The notes beneath the pieces were generated by a model that worked only from the letters and a program-made list of their open reading frames with translations, was not told the origin of the DNA and made no database searches. Of a stretch of DNA of 64,000 nt, positions 18,511 through 28,720 are shown one piece after another. How positions within the stretch are numbered: the stretch's first letter is position 1; each line of letters opens with the position of its first letter. The translations under genes were made by a program, and so were the position numbers. The stretch comes from an uncultured Acidobacteriota bacterium (GTDB lineage Bacteria; Acidobacteriota; Thermoanaerobaculia; UBA5066; Gp7-AA6): positions 1 through 64,000 of the forward strand of contig CAVXTP010000011.1 in NCBI GenBank assembly GCA_963764715.1, given 5' to 3'.

Positions 18511-19746
18511 ATGAAAACGAAACTGCTGGCGATTCTCTCGGCGGCGTTTCTCGCGATCTGCGCGAGCGGCCTCGGCGCGGCGGAGATTCAGCCGAAATCC
18601 CACGACAATTCCTGGGTTCCGTTCCAGAGCGAGGGGCTCTGGGTGAAGACGATGCTGGAGTTCGCGGATCCGAAGGACCGGCCGGTCTACCAGGAAGTGA
18701 TTCCGTGCCGCCTCGTCGATACGCGCGAAGGCTCGGGATTCGAGGCGCCCTACGGTGGGCCCACGTTTCAGCCGGGCGACGAGCGCTCATACTCGCTCCG
18801 GACACTGCCGGCGTCGAACCCGTGCTCCATCGCGAATCGCCAGGTTTCCAACCCGGCTTACGTCGACGATTTCTACCGTCTGATGACGGCCGCTGTCCTG
18901 CGGGTGACCTGGTACAACCGGTCGGGCAACGACAACGGCACTCCCGCAGCCGGCGTCGTCCAGGCGGGCGACCTCGAATACGCCGAGAAGCACGGTGCCA
19001 TCGTCGAGTGGTTCGGCTGGATGGGCGCCGACGTTCCGCAGGTTCAGCAGGGCATCGTGAAAACGGGGGGGGCGGACGGCAATACGTTCACGCTCGCGCT
19101 GTGGCCGACCGCCAGCGGCGTCACGGGCGCGGCCGCGGACTTCACGGTTGACGTGCTCGGATATTTCGTCTCGGATCCCATCGAGTCGGGCGGCGGCCTG
19201 GGACCGATGGGTCCTCGCGGTCCCGCCGGTCCGAAGGGAGACAGGGGCGAAGCGGGCGCGCCGGGCGAAGACGGCGCCGCGGGTCCGGCCGGACCGGCCG
19301 GGCCGCAGGGGCCCGCGGGACTGAACGGCCCGCCCGGTGAACCGGGCGTTCCGGGACCGGCCGGGCCGACGGGTCCTCCGGGACCGCAGGGCGCCACCGG
19401 TCCGGCGGGACCTCCGGGGCTCAACGGCCCGCCGGGTCCGGTCGGGCCGCAGGGACCTCCGGGACCTCAGGGCGAGCCGGGGACCTGCGCCTGCCCGCTC
19501 ACCGTCGGCGAGGCGGAGTGCGATACCGACGCGACCGACCCGCGCTCTCCGAACTGGTCGAAGTGCGTCGTGATCATCAACAACGGGGCGATCCGGGACA
19601 ACAGCAACATCCAGTGCACGTACAAGACCCGGGTGGCCGACGATCAGATTCCTTGCCGCGTCTTCGACATTCACGCCTCCGGCTTCAAGGTCGAGATCCA
19701 GCGAGGCGCCAGCGTCATGTGGCTGGCCTACACGCCCGCGAACTGA
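18511..19746 (+). CDS. Secreted collagen-like protein
   Basis: RBS GGAGG; signal peptide; PCRLVDTR domain; 32 uninterrupted Gly-X-Y triplets (19201-19488); Cys-rich C-terminus. Confidence 0.9.
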   Translation: MKTKLLAILSAAFLAICASGLGAAEIQPKSHDNSWVPFQSEGLWVKTMLEFADPKDRPVYQEVIPCRLVDTREGSGFEAPYGGPTFQPGDERSYSLRTLPASNPCSIANRQVSNPAYVDDFYRLMTAAVLRVTWYNRSGNDNGTPAAGVVQAGDLEYAEKHGAIVEWFGWMGADVPQVQQGIVKTGGADGNTFTLALWPTASGVTGAAADFTVDVLGYFVSDPIESGGGLGPMGPRGPAGPKGDRGEAGAPGEDGAAGPAGPAGPQGPAGLNGPPGEPGVPGPAGPTGPPGPQGATGPAGPPGLNGPPGPVGPQGPPGPQGEPGTCACPLTVGEAECDTDATDPRSPNWSKCVVIINNGAIRDNSNIQCTYKTRVADDQIPCRVFDIHASGFKVEIQRGASVMWLAYTPAN

Positions 19747-19754
19747 TCTCGACG

Positions 19755-19799
19755 CGCCGCGCCGGGCCTTTTTCGGGACCGGCGCGGCGTTTCTGTCTT
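19755..19799 (+). terminator. Intrinsic terminator
   Basis: Stem cgccgcgccgg/ccggcgcggcg followed by tttctgtctt just after the collagen gene stop. Confidence 0.65.
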
Positions 19800-19867
19800 C
19801 GCGGCCCGCTCCCGCGCGGCGGCCGAAAAACGTGCGATCATCCCGGCCGCATTCCGAGAGGAGAACG

Positions 19868-20581
19868 ATGGACCGCGAATACGTCGCCTGGGATTCGCCC
19901 ACGCTGGGCCGGAAGATGGAAATGCTGTGGTTCGGCCACGCGGGCCGTCCCATGATCTGGTTCCCGACCTCGGTCGGGCGCTTCTACCAGAACGAGGACT
20001 TCGGGCTGGTCGGGGCGGTCGGCGACCTCGTCGCGGGCGGCAGGCTCCAGATCGCCTGCGTGGACAGCATCGACGACGAGAGCTTCTACGCGAAGGGCAA
20101 ACAGCCGGCCGAGCGGATCCGCCGACACGACCAGTACGACGCGTACGTCGCCAACGAGGTCGTGCCCTTCGTCCGGAGCAAGGCGCGGACCGCCGATCGG
20201 GTCGGCACGCTCGGCTGTTCGTTCGGCGCGTACCATGCGGCCAACTTCGGGTTTCGCCATCCGGACCTCGTCGACCAGGTCGTCGCGTTTTCGGGCAAGT
20301 ACGACATTCACAACTTCATGGACGGCTACTGGGACGAGCTGTGCTACTTCCACTGCCCGACGGCGAACGTGCCGAACATGGACCGAAGCTGGGTCGAGCG
20401 GCTCTCCTCGATGGACATCTGCATCGTCACCGGCGAGACGGACAACATCCTCTCGGGCACGACGAACATGCTCCGGATCCTCGACGAGAAGGGCATCCGC
20501 AACCGCGGCTCCGTGTGGGCGGCGCCGTACGGCCACGACTGGCCGTGGTGGAAGCAGCAGATCCGGAGCTACGTGCCGTAG
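19868..20581 (+). CDS. Alpha/beta hydrolase, esterase family (COG4947-like)
   Basis: ATG 19868 after AGGAG; FGHAGRP..FPTS.GR, nucleophile GCSFG, GHDWPWW. Confidence 0.88.
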   Translation: MDREYVAWDSPTLGRKMEMLWFGHAGRPMIWFPTSVGRFYQNEDFGLVGAVGDLVAGGRLQIACVDSIDDESFYAKGKQPAERIRRHDQYDAYVANEVVPFVRSKARTADRVGTLGCSFGAYHAANFGFRHPDLVDQVVAFSGKYDIHNFMDGYWDELCYFHCPTANVPNMDRSWVERLSSMDICIVTGETDNILSGTTNMLRILDEKGIRNRGSVWAAPYGHDWPWWKQQIRSYVP

Positions 20582-20588
20582 ATCGCGT

Positions 20589-21269
20589 TCACGGCCACTG
20601 CAGCCCCAGCGCCTTGGCGATGAAGATCGCCATCTGTCGCCGGGTGACGAAGCTGTCGGGGCAGTAGTTGCCGCCGCCGCAGCCGCCGGTCACCCCCGAA
20701 GCGACGAGGGCCTCGACGTACTGGAACGCGAAGTCGGACGTGGGAACGTCGCCGAAAGTCGCAGTGAGCGGAGCGGGGCTGACCTGGAGCCTGTATCCGA
20801 TCACGGCGCCGACGAACTCGACGGCCGCGGACGGGCTGAAGTAGAGGATGAACCGATAGTCGTGGTTCTGGACGATGAAGTTGCTCGACGTCAGGTCCTG
20901 CGTGATGGTCCGGCAGCCCGCCGGGTACGCGGCCGGGGGAAGGACGTTGCCCCCCGCTTCGCCGCCGGTGCGGTCGAGCCGGAAGATCCCGAAGGTGGGG
21001 CTGTTGCCTCCGTCCCCGTCGCAGTAGTCCCACTCGATGGAAGTCAGGAGCGCGCCCGAGGGCAGTTTGGCGAAGTGGGTCCAGGTTCCGCTGCTCACGA
21101 TGAGCCGGTAAACGACGGAGTAGGCGGCCGTGGAGTCCGTCGGAAGAAACTCGTTGGGCCCGATCGTCGCGTAGGACGTGACGGTCGTTCCAAAAGTGTT
21201 CTCCGCCCCGAAAGCGACCGCGGCGATCCCGCAGATCGAAAGACAGACAAGAAACCGTGCGACACGCAT
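20589..21269 (-). CDS. Secreted SLH-like domain protein
   Basis: Signal peptide; FGDVPTS...GVTGGCGGGNYCPDSFVTRRQMAIF. Confidence 0.85.
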   Translation of the reverse strand: MRVARFLVCLSICGIAAVAFGAENTFGTTVTSYATIGPNEFLPTDSTAAYSVVYRLIVSSGTWTHFAKLPSGALLTSIEWDYCDGDGGNSPTFGIFRLDRTGGEAGGNVLPPAAYPAGCRTITQDLTSSNFIVQNHDYRFILYFSPSAAVEFVGAVIGYRLQVSPAPLTATFGDVPTSDFAFQYVEALVASGVTGGCGGGNYCPDSFVTRRQMAIFIAKALGLQWP

Positions 21270-21291
21270 GGCCTGCTCCTTTTCCGCCGTC

Positions 21292-22482
21292 TCACGCCGG
21301 CCAGAGGTTACCCGACGATCCCACCCAGGTCTTGTCCTTGTTGTAGTTGACGCCCATCATCTTGCCCTGCGAGAGGCGGGCGAGGGTCGTCACGGGAAGA
21401 GGCGCGCCCTCCCGCCACACGAACATGACCCGCACCTCGACTTTGGATTGCTGGCCGTCGGTCGTTTCGATCGCGGGCGCGTACTCAATCTTCCTCATCA
21501 GCAGGGTGTGGGCCCGCTGGTCGGGAGGCACGGCCGCGATGTCCTCCGCCGTAACCTCGACTTTCACGCCCGAGCCGGCGAAGGAGAAGAGCGGCTTCAG
21601 GACCCAGTTGTCGAGGTCCTTCGGCACCTCCGGCAGCTCCGAGAGGAAGAACGACTCGGGCACCGTCGGATGCCGGAGCTCGGGCAGGCAGTGCTTGCTC
21701 CAGCGGAAGTACCAGTTCGGGTGGCCCGCCCACGACACGTCGAGCCGCGACGTCAGGTCGAAGGGGAGCTTCGCGCCCGAGGCCTCGAGCTCGTCGAAGA
21801 TGAGGCGGTTGTAGATCCTTCGGATCCGCGTGGGCCGGCCGTCGCGCCGGTACCAGAGCTCGCGGCCTCGCTTCTCGATCTCGGACGGGTCGAGGGCCTT
21901 GACCCCCCAGAACTGCTCCGTGAACGCGAAGTCGATGGCGGTCTTCTGGTGCGGCGGATCGAGGTCGAGGAGGACGACTTCCTCGGGCGACAGTCCCGAG
22001 AGGATCGCGTCCCCGACGACGCGCTTGTAGGCCGCGGTGTCGAGGCCGGAGAAGTACCAGTCGAGCCTCTCTCCGCCGGGGCACATGCGCGCGAGCTCCT
22101 CGCACTGCACGACCTGGAAGGCATAGAGGGTCGGGAACGCCTGGAGCTCGATCAGCTTCGGTGCGAGCCGGCCGGAGGAGTCGCGGGTGACGGCGAAGTC
22201 GGTGACGGCGAAGACGGGAAGCTCGTCGCAACCGGGCACGTCGAGCTCCCGCGGCACGGCGGCGAGGGACCGGTACAGCGCCGCCGGCGTCGAGAGCTGC
22301 CGGAAGATCTCGAGCGACGCTTCGACCATTTCGTCCCGGAGCTCCGGGGGCAGGAACACCGGCGTTTCGGCCAGGCGAAACGGGATCTCCGTTCCCCCGC
22401 GCTCCGCGAGGCGCCGGGCGTATTCGCGGTGACGGGCGTCGGTGTAGGCCGCGTTGTACGCGCGGCGGAACTCCGGAATCAT
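21292..22482 (-). CDS. Circularly permuted ATP-grasp / glutathione synthetase-like amidoligase
   Basis: FRLAETPVF, DFAV...KLIELQAFP, WAGHPNW, WVLKPLFSFAGSGV, KVEVR; family assignment inferred from motif order. Confidence 0.65.
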   Translation of the reverse strand: MIPEFRRAYNAAYTDARHREYARRLAERGGTEIPFRLAETPVFLPPELRDEMVEASLEIFRQLSTPAALYRSLAAVPRELDVPGCDELPVFAVTDFAVTRDSSGRLAPKLIELQAFPTLYAFQVVQCEELARMCPGGERLDWYFSGLDTAAYKRVVGDAILSGLSPEEVVLLDLDPPHQKTAIDFAFTEQFWGVKALDPSEIEKRGRELWYRRDGRPTRIRRIYNRLIFDELEASGAKLPFDLTSRLDVSWAGHPNWYFRWSKHCLPELRHPTVPESFFLSELPEVPKDLDNWVLKPLFSFAGSGVKVEVTAEDIAAVPPDQRAHTLLMRKIEYAPAIETTDGQQSKVEVRVMFVWREGAPLPVTTLARLSQGKMMGVNYNKDKTWVGSSGNLWPA

Positions 22483-22509
22483 CGCGGCGCAGTCTACCGA
22501 ATGCCGGAT

Positions 22510-25143
22510 CTACCGGCTCTTCAGGCGCGAGGTCCAGAGGAGGCTGACGATGAGTCCGGGCTTTTCGTCGGAGTTCTCCCGCACCACCAGGAAGCGTTGG
22601 CCGTCGGGCGAGACGTCGTAGATCTCGGGCGAGAAGGCGTTGGTCGCGGGGGGCTTGAGCTCGAAGAGGGGCTGGGGTGTTCCGGTCACGGGCCCAGCGG
22701 GAGAGGGCGCGACGGAGACTGCGTTGAGCCGTCCGTCCGACGCGATGTAGAAGAGCTCCCGGCCGTCGCGCCGCCAGACGGGGCTCGAGCCGCCGTCGGC
22801 CGAGACCAGACGCTTGGTCCCGCCCGAGGAGGCACTGACGTACACCTCCACCCTTCCCGACTCGGTCGAGGCGAAGGCGAGCCACTTTCCGTCGGGAGAG
22901 AAGCGGGCGCCGCTCTCCGTGAAGCGACTCGTTTCGACGAGCGCCCGGGGAGGATCCGAGCCCGCGAGCGGGGCCATCCAGACGTCTTCGTTCTGCTGAG
23001 ACGGCGAACCCACGAAGACGACCGAGCTCCCGTCCGGCGAGGCGCCCGAGAGAATCTTGTCCCATTTCGTCCGGAGGACCGGCGCTTCCGCGCCCCCTCC
23101 CGAGGGCCGGCGGTACAGGTCGTAGGGGCCGGCGCGGTCCGACACGTAGAGCACCGTCTCGCCGTCGGGGAGCCAGACGGGGTGAAACTCGTCCGACCGC
23201 TCGGACGAGATTCGTGTCGCGGTGCCGCGCTCGGCGTCGAGCACCCACACGTCCAGATTCTGGCCGCGGGCGGCGTCGCGAATCGAGGTGGCGACCCGGC
23301 GGCCGTCGGGTGAAATGGCGATGCCGTCGTAGTCGGCCGGGGGACCGAGCCGTCCCAGGACGCTCCCTTTGCGATCCACCCAGACCAGGCTCCGGTCGTG
23401 AGACCAGAGGCCGTAGACGAGCGTGCTGCCCGCGGCCGACCAGAGGGGTGCATTGGTGTCCGTGTAAAACCGGACGTCGCGCACGACCGGCTCCGGCTCG
23501 CCCTGGAGCTCGAGGCGGCGCGGCTCGAACCGCTGGGCGAAGAGCGCCCCTTCGCGCGAGAAGAGCAGATAACCCATCGGCGACCAGGCGGCGGCCGAGT
23601 CGGAGTATCCGAGGAAACGGGTTTCCTTCGAGTCGAGGCTCCCCACCATCAACGCCGTCTTCTCCGCGTCGATGTTCCGCGCCGCGAAGACGAAGTGGCG
23701 GCCGTCCGGCAGGAAGGCCGGAAACCCGTGCGTCGAGTCGCCGCGCGCCGCGTCGAGGGTCGTCACCGCCCGGGGAGTGCCGCCGGCGGCGGGAACGCTC
23801 GAAAGCCCGGTGCCGAACGTGGGCGAGAAGAGAATGGTTCCGGTCGTGCTCCACGAGCCTCCGAAGCCCGACCCGGCCTCGCAAATCGACTGAATCGTTC
23901 CGCCCTCGGCGTCGATCCGGCGAAGCTTCGTGCCCTGAAAGAAGGCGATCGTTCGGCTGTCCGGAGACCAGAACGGAAAACGGGCGACCTCGGTTCCCTC
24001 GAGTCTCCGCGCCTGGAGCTCGCCCAGGCGGCGCACCCAGATCGACGCGGGTCCGTCCGCGGCGGCCAGGAAGGCGACCGTGCGGCCGTCGGGCGACAGG
24101 GCGGCGGTGTTGTCGAGATGGAGGCCCGGCGGCGCCGTGAGGGTGAGGACGACGGGCTCCGACACCGGTCCGCGGCGACCCCAGACCGCGGCGAGCGCAG
24201 CCGCCAGGAGAGCCAGGGTCGCGATCGCCCAGGCGAACCGCTCTCGCTTCATTCGACGAGGGGCGGAGACCGACGTACCCGCGCCCGAGCCCTCCCGAAT
24301 CCACTTCAGCTCGCTGCCGATGTCGTGCGCCGACTGCCAGCGCTCCTCGGGGTCCTTGGCGAGGCACGTCCGGACGATCCGGTCGAGCGCCGCCGGCGAG
24401 GTCGGCTGGACGGCGGAGATCGGCGCCGGATCGCTCGACATGATCGCCGTGATGAGCGAGGCCTGGCTTCCCGCCGGGAACGCCTTCTTGCCTGTGGCCA
24501 TCTCGTACAGGACGGCGCCGAGCGCGAAGATGTCGGTCCGCGCGTCGGCGTCCTTGCCCTCGAGCTGCTCCGGCGCCATGTACTGAAAGGTTCCGAGGAT
24601 CGTGCCCTCCTGCGTCAGGTTCGCCTGGGTCGGCAGGGCGGTCTGGCTGTTCGGCGCGCTCGCCGGCTCGACCGCCTTCGCAAGGCCGAAGTCGAGGAGC
24701 TTCACGCCCGTCTTCGTCAGCATGACGTTTCCGGGTTTCAGGTCCCGGTGGACGATCCCCTGGCGGTGGGCCTTGTCGAGCGCGTCCGCGATCTCGCCGC
24801 CGTACCGGAGCGTCTGATCGAGCGCGAGCGGTCCCTTCGCCAGCCGGTCCGAGAGCGTTTCGCCCTCGAGGTATTCCATGACGAGGTATTCGGTCTCGCC
24901 TTCGCGGCCGACGTCGTGAAGCGCGCAGATGTGAGGATGCGAGAACTGCGAGATCGTCTTCGCCTCGCGCTCGAAGCGCTGCCGCCCCTCGGGCGACGAC
25001 GCGAGGTGGGGCGGCAGCACCTTCACCGCGACGGTGCGCTCGAGCCGCGTGTCCTTCGCCTTGTAAACCTCTCCCATGCCCCCCGCGCCGATCGGCGCGA
25101 GGATTTCGTAAGGCCCGAGCTTCGTCCCCGCAGTGAGGGTCAC
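22510..25143 (-). CDS. Hanks-type Ser/Thr kinase with TM helix and PD40/WD40-like beta-propeller
   Basis: IGAGGMGEVY, VAVK, HRDLKPGN, DFG, YMAPE; repeated SPDG motifs. Confidence 0.95.
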   Translation of the reverse strand: MTLTAGTKLGPYEILAPIGAGGMGEVYKAKDTRLERTVAVKVLPPHLASSPEGRQRFEREAKTISQFSHPHICALHDVGREGETEYLVMEYLEGETLSDRLAKGPLALDQTLRYGGEIADALDKAHRQGIVHRDLKPGNVMLTKTGVKLLDFGLAKAVEPASAPNSQTALPTQANLTQEGTILGTFQYMAPEQLEGKDADARTDIFALGAVLYEMATGKKAFPAGSQASLITAIMSSDPAPISAVQPTSPAALDRIVRTCLAKDPEERWQSAHDIGSELKWIREGSGAGTSVSAPRRMKRERFAWAIATLALLAAALAAVWGRRGPVSEPVVLTLTAPPGLHLDNTAALSPDGRTVAFLAAADGPASIWVRRLGELQARRLEGTEVARFPFWSPDSRTIAFFQGTKLRRIDAEGGTIQSICEAGSGFGGSWSTTGTILFSPTFGTGLSSVPAAGGTPRAVTTLDAARGDSTHGFPAFLPDGRHFVFAARNIDAEKTALMVGSLDSKETRFLGYSDSAAAWSPMGYLLFSREGALFAQRFEPRRLELQGEPEPVVRDVRFYTDTNAPLWSAAGSTLVYGLWSHDRSLVWVDRKGSVLGRLGPPADYDGIAISPDGRRVATSIRDAARGQNLDVWVLDAERGTATRISSERSDEFHPVWLPDGETVLYVSDRAGPYDLYRRPSGGGAEAPVLRTKWDKILSGASPDGSSVVFVGSPSQQNEDVWMAPLAGSDPPRALVETSRFTESGARFSPDGKWLAFASTESGRVEVYVSASSGGTKRLVSADGGSSPVWRRDGRELFYIASDGRLNAVSVAPSPAGPVTGTPQPLFELKPPATNAFSPEIYDVSPDGQRFLVVRENSDEKPGLIVSLLWTSRLKSR

Positions 25144-25185
25144 GTTGGTGCCTATTATCGCGGCACTCTCGTTAATCGCGGCGGG

Positions 25186-25212
25186 AAGGGCGGGGACAAG
25201 CCCCGCCCCTAC
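25186..25212 (-). repeat. GTAG-family REP
   Basis: Minus strand GTAGGGGCGGGGCTTGTCCCCGCCCTT, 26/27 identical to 56361-56387; further small hairpins at 25330-25345 and 25367-25383. Confidence 0.8.
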
Positions 25213-25417
25213 GGACCAGGACGGAGCTTCCGCGCGGCACGCTCCCTGTCGTTCGCGGCGCGGATAGTCTCCCGACCGAAGGGAGGGAGGAGGTCCGCGC
25301 CGCGGGAGCCGAAGCGCAGCGAGGGATCAGGCTCGCGGTCGAGCCCTCAGGCGAGCCGCGAGCGGGTGCGCCCGAAGGGCGCAGATTCCTCGCAAGCGAA
25401 GGCGACGGTCGCGACGG

Positions 25418-26440
25418 TTAGATGAGAAACGTGCCTGCCTTCATCACCTGGTTCCCGTCGAACCAGATGTCGAAGTTCCGCCCGACGATGTCGATGTGCG
25501 TCGTGCTCTTCCACTTCGCGCCCGTGTGCTCGGCATACGGGTGGCCGAAGGCGACGTGGAGCGTCGGGAGCTTCTCGTCCTGCAGGATGTTGCCGATGAC
25601 GTCCTGGACGGCGATGTTGGTGCCGATGGCGAACTCGCCGACGCGGTTGGAGTTCTCGTCGGTCGCGGTGTACGCGCGGAAGTCGGCGACGAGCGCGGCC
25701 ACGTCGCACTCGACGTCGACGATGCGGCTGTTCTCGATCGTGACCGCGAGCGGGTTGTTCTGGAGGTCGCCGTAGCGGGCGCAGAGGTAGTCGCCCACGA
25801 CGCCGTCGGCGACGTAGATGCCGTCGACGCGCGCCGGGGCGGTGAGGACCTCGCCGCCCGGGAGGTTGCCCCACTTGGCGGTCGAGATGATGCCCGAGGT
25901 CTTGAGCCACTTGATCGTCGGGTCGAAGGTCGCCTCGAGGCGAGAGCCGGCGGGCGAGGTCGCGACGATCTTCGTCGCCTTCTTCGCGCGCTCGAGGACG
26001 CGGCACGAGATCGCGTCGACCTCGTCGAAGTTGGCGCGCATCGCCTCGGTCATGATGCGGTGCGAGATCGAGACCATGTGGGCGTGGCGGATCTGGCGCC
26101 GGTCGATGATCGCGGTCAGCGCCCGGCGGAAGGCGAGCTCGCCTTGCTTGGGCTGGCCGGCGTAGATCGAGACGTCGGCGCGCTCGAGGGCCGTCCGGAT
26201 CGCGGGCGGAAGCTCGAGCATCGGCCGCGGCCCGTAGTCCTCCATGATGTGGGTCTCGCTGGGCGCCCCGACCTCGCGCACCTGGTCGGCGAGGCTCGCC
26301 GCGATGTCCTCGGTCTCCCGGTCGGTGACGATCACGACGCGCTCGGTCGGCTGGACCCGGAGGCACGTGCGGATGGCGTTGCGGGCGCCGGGGATCAGGT
26401 CCTCGGCATAGGCGGTCAGGGTCCCCGTCTCATGCGACAT
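25418..26440 (-). CDS. Aminopeptidase, M29 (thermophilic metalloprotease)-like
   Basis: ATG 26440; NLPGGEV, GEFAIGTN, QDEK, HVAFG, HIDIV. Confidence 0.88.
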   Translation of the reverse strand: MSHETGTLTAYAEDLIPGARNAIRTCLRVQPTERVVIVTDRETEDIAASLADQVREVGAPSETHIMEDYGPRPMLELPPAIRTALERADVSIYAGQPKQGELAFRRALTAIIDRRQIRHAHMVSISHRIMTEAMRANFDEVDAISCRVLERAKKATKIVATSPAGSRLEATFDPTIKWLKTSGIISTAKWGNLPGGEVLTAPARVDGIYVADGVVGDYLCARYGDLQNNPLAVTIENSRIVDVECDVAALVADFRAYTATDENSNRVGEFAIGTNIAVQDVIGNILQDEKLPTLHVAFGHPYAEHTGAKWKSTTHIDIVGRNFDIWFDGNQVMKAGTFLI

Positions 26441-26478
26441 CGTGAACTGTTCTCCTGGAGCGAGGGTCGGCGCCCGCG

Positions 26479-27624
<1,146 letters not shown>

Positions 27625-27632
27625 GCCGACGA

Positions 27633-28664
27633 TCAGGCCTCGCGGCGCGGGCCGCGCGGCGGGGCGCCGGGCGCGCGGGGAGCGGCCGGCTTCTTCGCCC
27701 GGCCGTTGGATTTCCTGGGCGGCGTGACGGCGTCGTCGCCGGCGAGGAACCGCTGCCAGCGGTAGTCGGTCAGCGGGTCGGCCGGCTGCTGCACCCGCTC
27801 GAGGAGCCACTTCGTGGAGTGCTCGACGACCCAGCCGAAGTTTTCGGGGCCGACGGACTCGACGGCCGCGTCGGGCGCCGGGTTGAGGAAGTCGATGGCG
27901 TAGGGGACCCCGTCCCGGACCGCGAACTCGAGCGTGCAGAAGTCGTAGCCCAGGGCGTTCATCAGCTTGAGCGAGTCGCTGCGGATGCGCTCGTGCATCG
28001 CCGGGTCGATCGGCGCGCCGTCCTTGACGTAGCGCTCGTGGTGGGGCCGCCGCGGGTCGTACCGCATGATGTGGACGTGCTGGCGCCCGATCGCGTAGCA
28101 CCGGAAGTACTCGTCGAAGACGATCTCCTCCTGGAGGGTCATGACGGTCTGCCCCGTCTCCTGGTAGGCGGCGAAGAACTGCTGCGGGTTCTCCACCCGG
28201 TAGACGCTCTTCCAGCCGCCGCCGGAGTAGGGCTTGAAGTAGGCCGGGAAGCCGATGTACTGGAACATCTCGTCCCACTCGAGCGGGAAGACGAGGTTCG
28301 ACATCGACTCGGCGGTCGTGTCGGGCGGGTGCTGGTTCGAGGGCAGGATCACCGTCTTCGGCACGGCGACGCCGATGCGGCGGGCCAGGACGTTGTTGAA
28401 AAACTTATCGTCCGCCGTCCACCAGAAGGGGTTGTTGACGACGATCGTTCCGTCGGCGACGGCCTTCTTGAGGATGGCCCGGTAGAAGGGGATGTCCTGG
28501 CTGATCCGGTCGAGGATCAGGTCGTACCGGCGCGGGCTGTCGAGGCTGATTCCCCCGACGAGGACGGGCTCGGCGACGACGTCCTGGCCCTCGCGGTTGA
28601 TGCGCTCGACGAGCGCCAGGGGAAAGGAGCGCTCCTGGCCGAAGAGAATTCCTATGCGTTTCAT
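27633..28664 (-). CDS. ATP-grasp (RimK/glutathione synthase-like) ligase
   Basis: NNPFWWTADDKF, VPKTVILP, FPAYFKPYSGGGWKSV, LQEEI, EFAVRDGVPYAIDFLNP. Confidence 0.85.
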   Translation of the reverse strand: MKRIGILFGQERSFPLALVERINREGQDVVAEPVLVGGISLDSPRRYDLILDRISQDIPFYRAILKKAVADGTIVVNNPFWWTADDKFFNNVLARRIGVAVPKTVILPSNQHPPDTTAESMSNLVFPLEWDEMFQYIGFPAYFKPYSGGGWKSVYRVENPQQFFAAYQETGQTVMTLQEEIVFDEYFRCYAIGRQHVHIMRYDPRRPHHERYVKDGAPIDPAMHERIRSDSLKLMNALGYDFCTLEFAVRDGVPYAIDFLNPAPDAAVESVGPENFGWVVEHSTKWLLERVQQPADPLTDYRWQRFLAGDDAVTPPRKSNGRAKKPAAPRAPGAPPRGPRREA

Positions 28665-28720
28665 GTGGGTCCTTCGCTTGTTCTTGATGCCGGGCAGGCC
28701 CCGGAGAACCGCGGATTATG

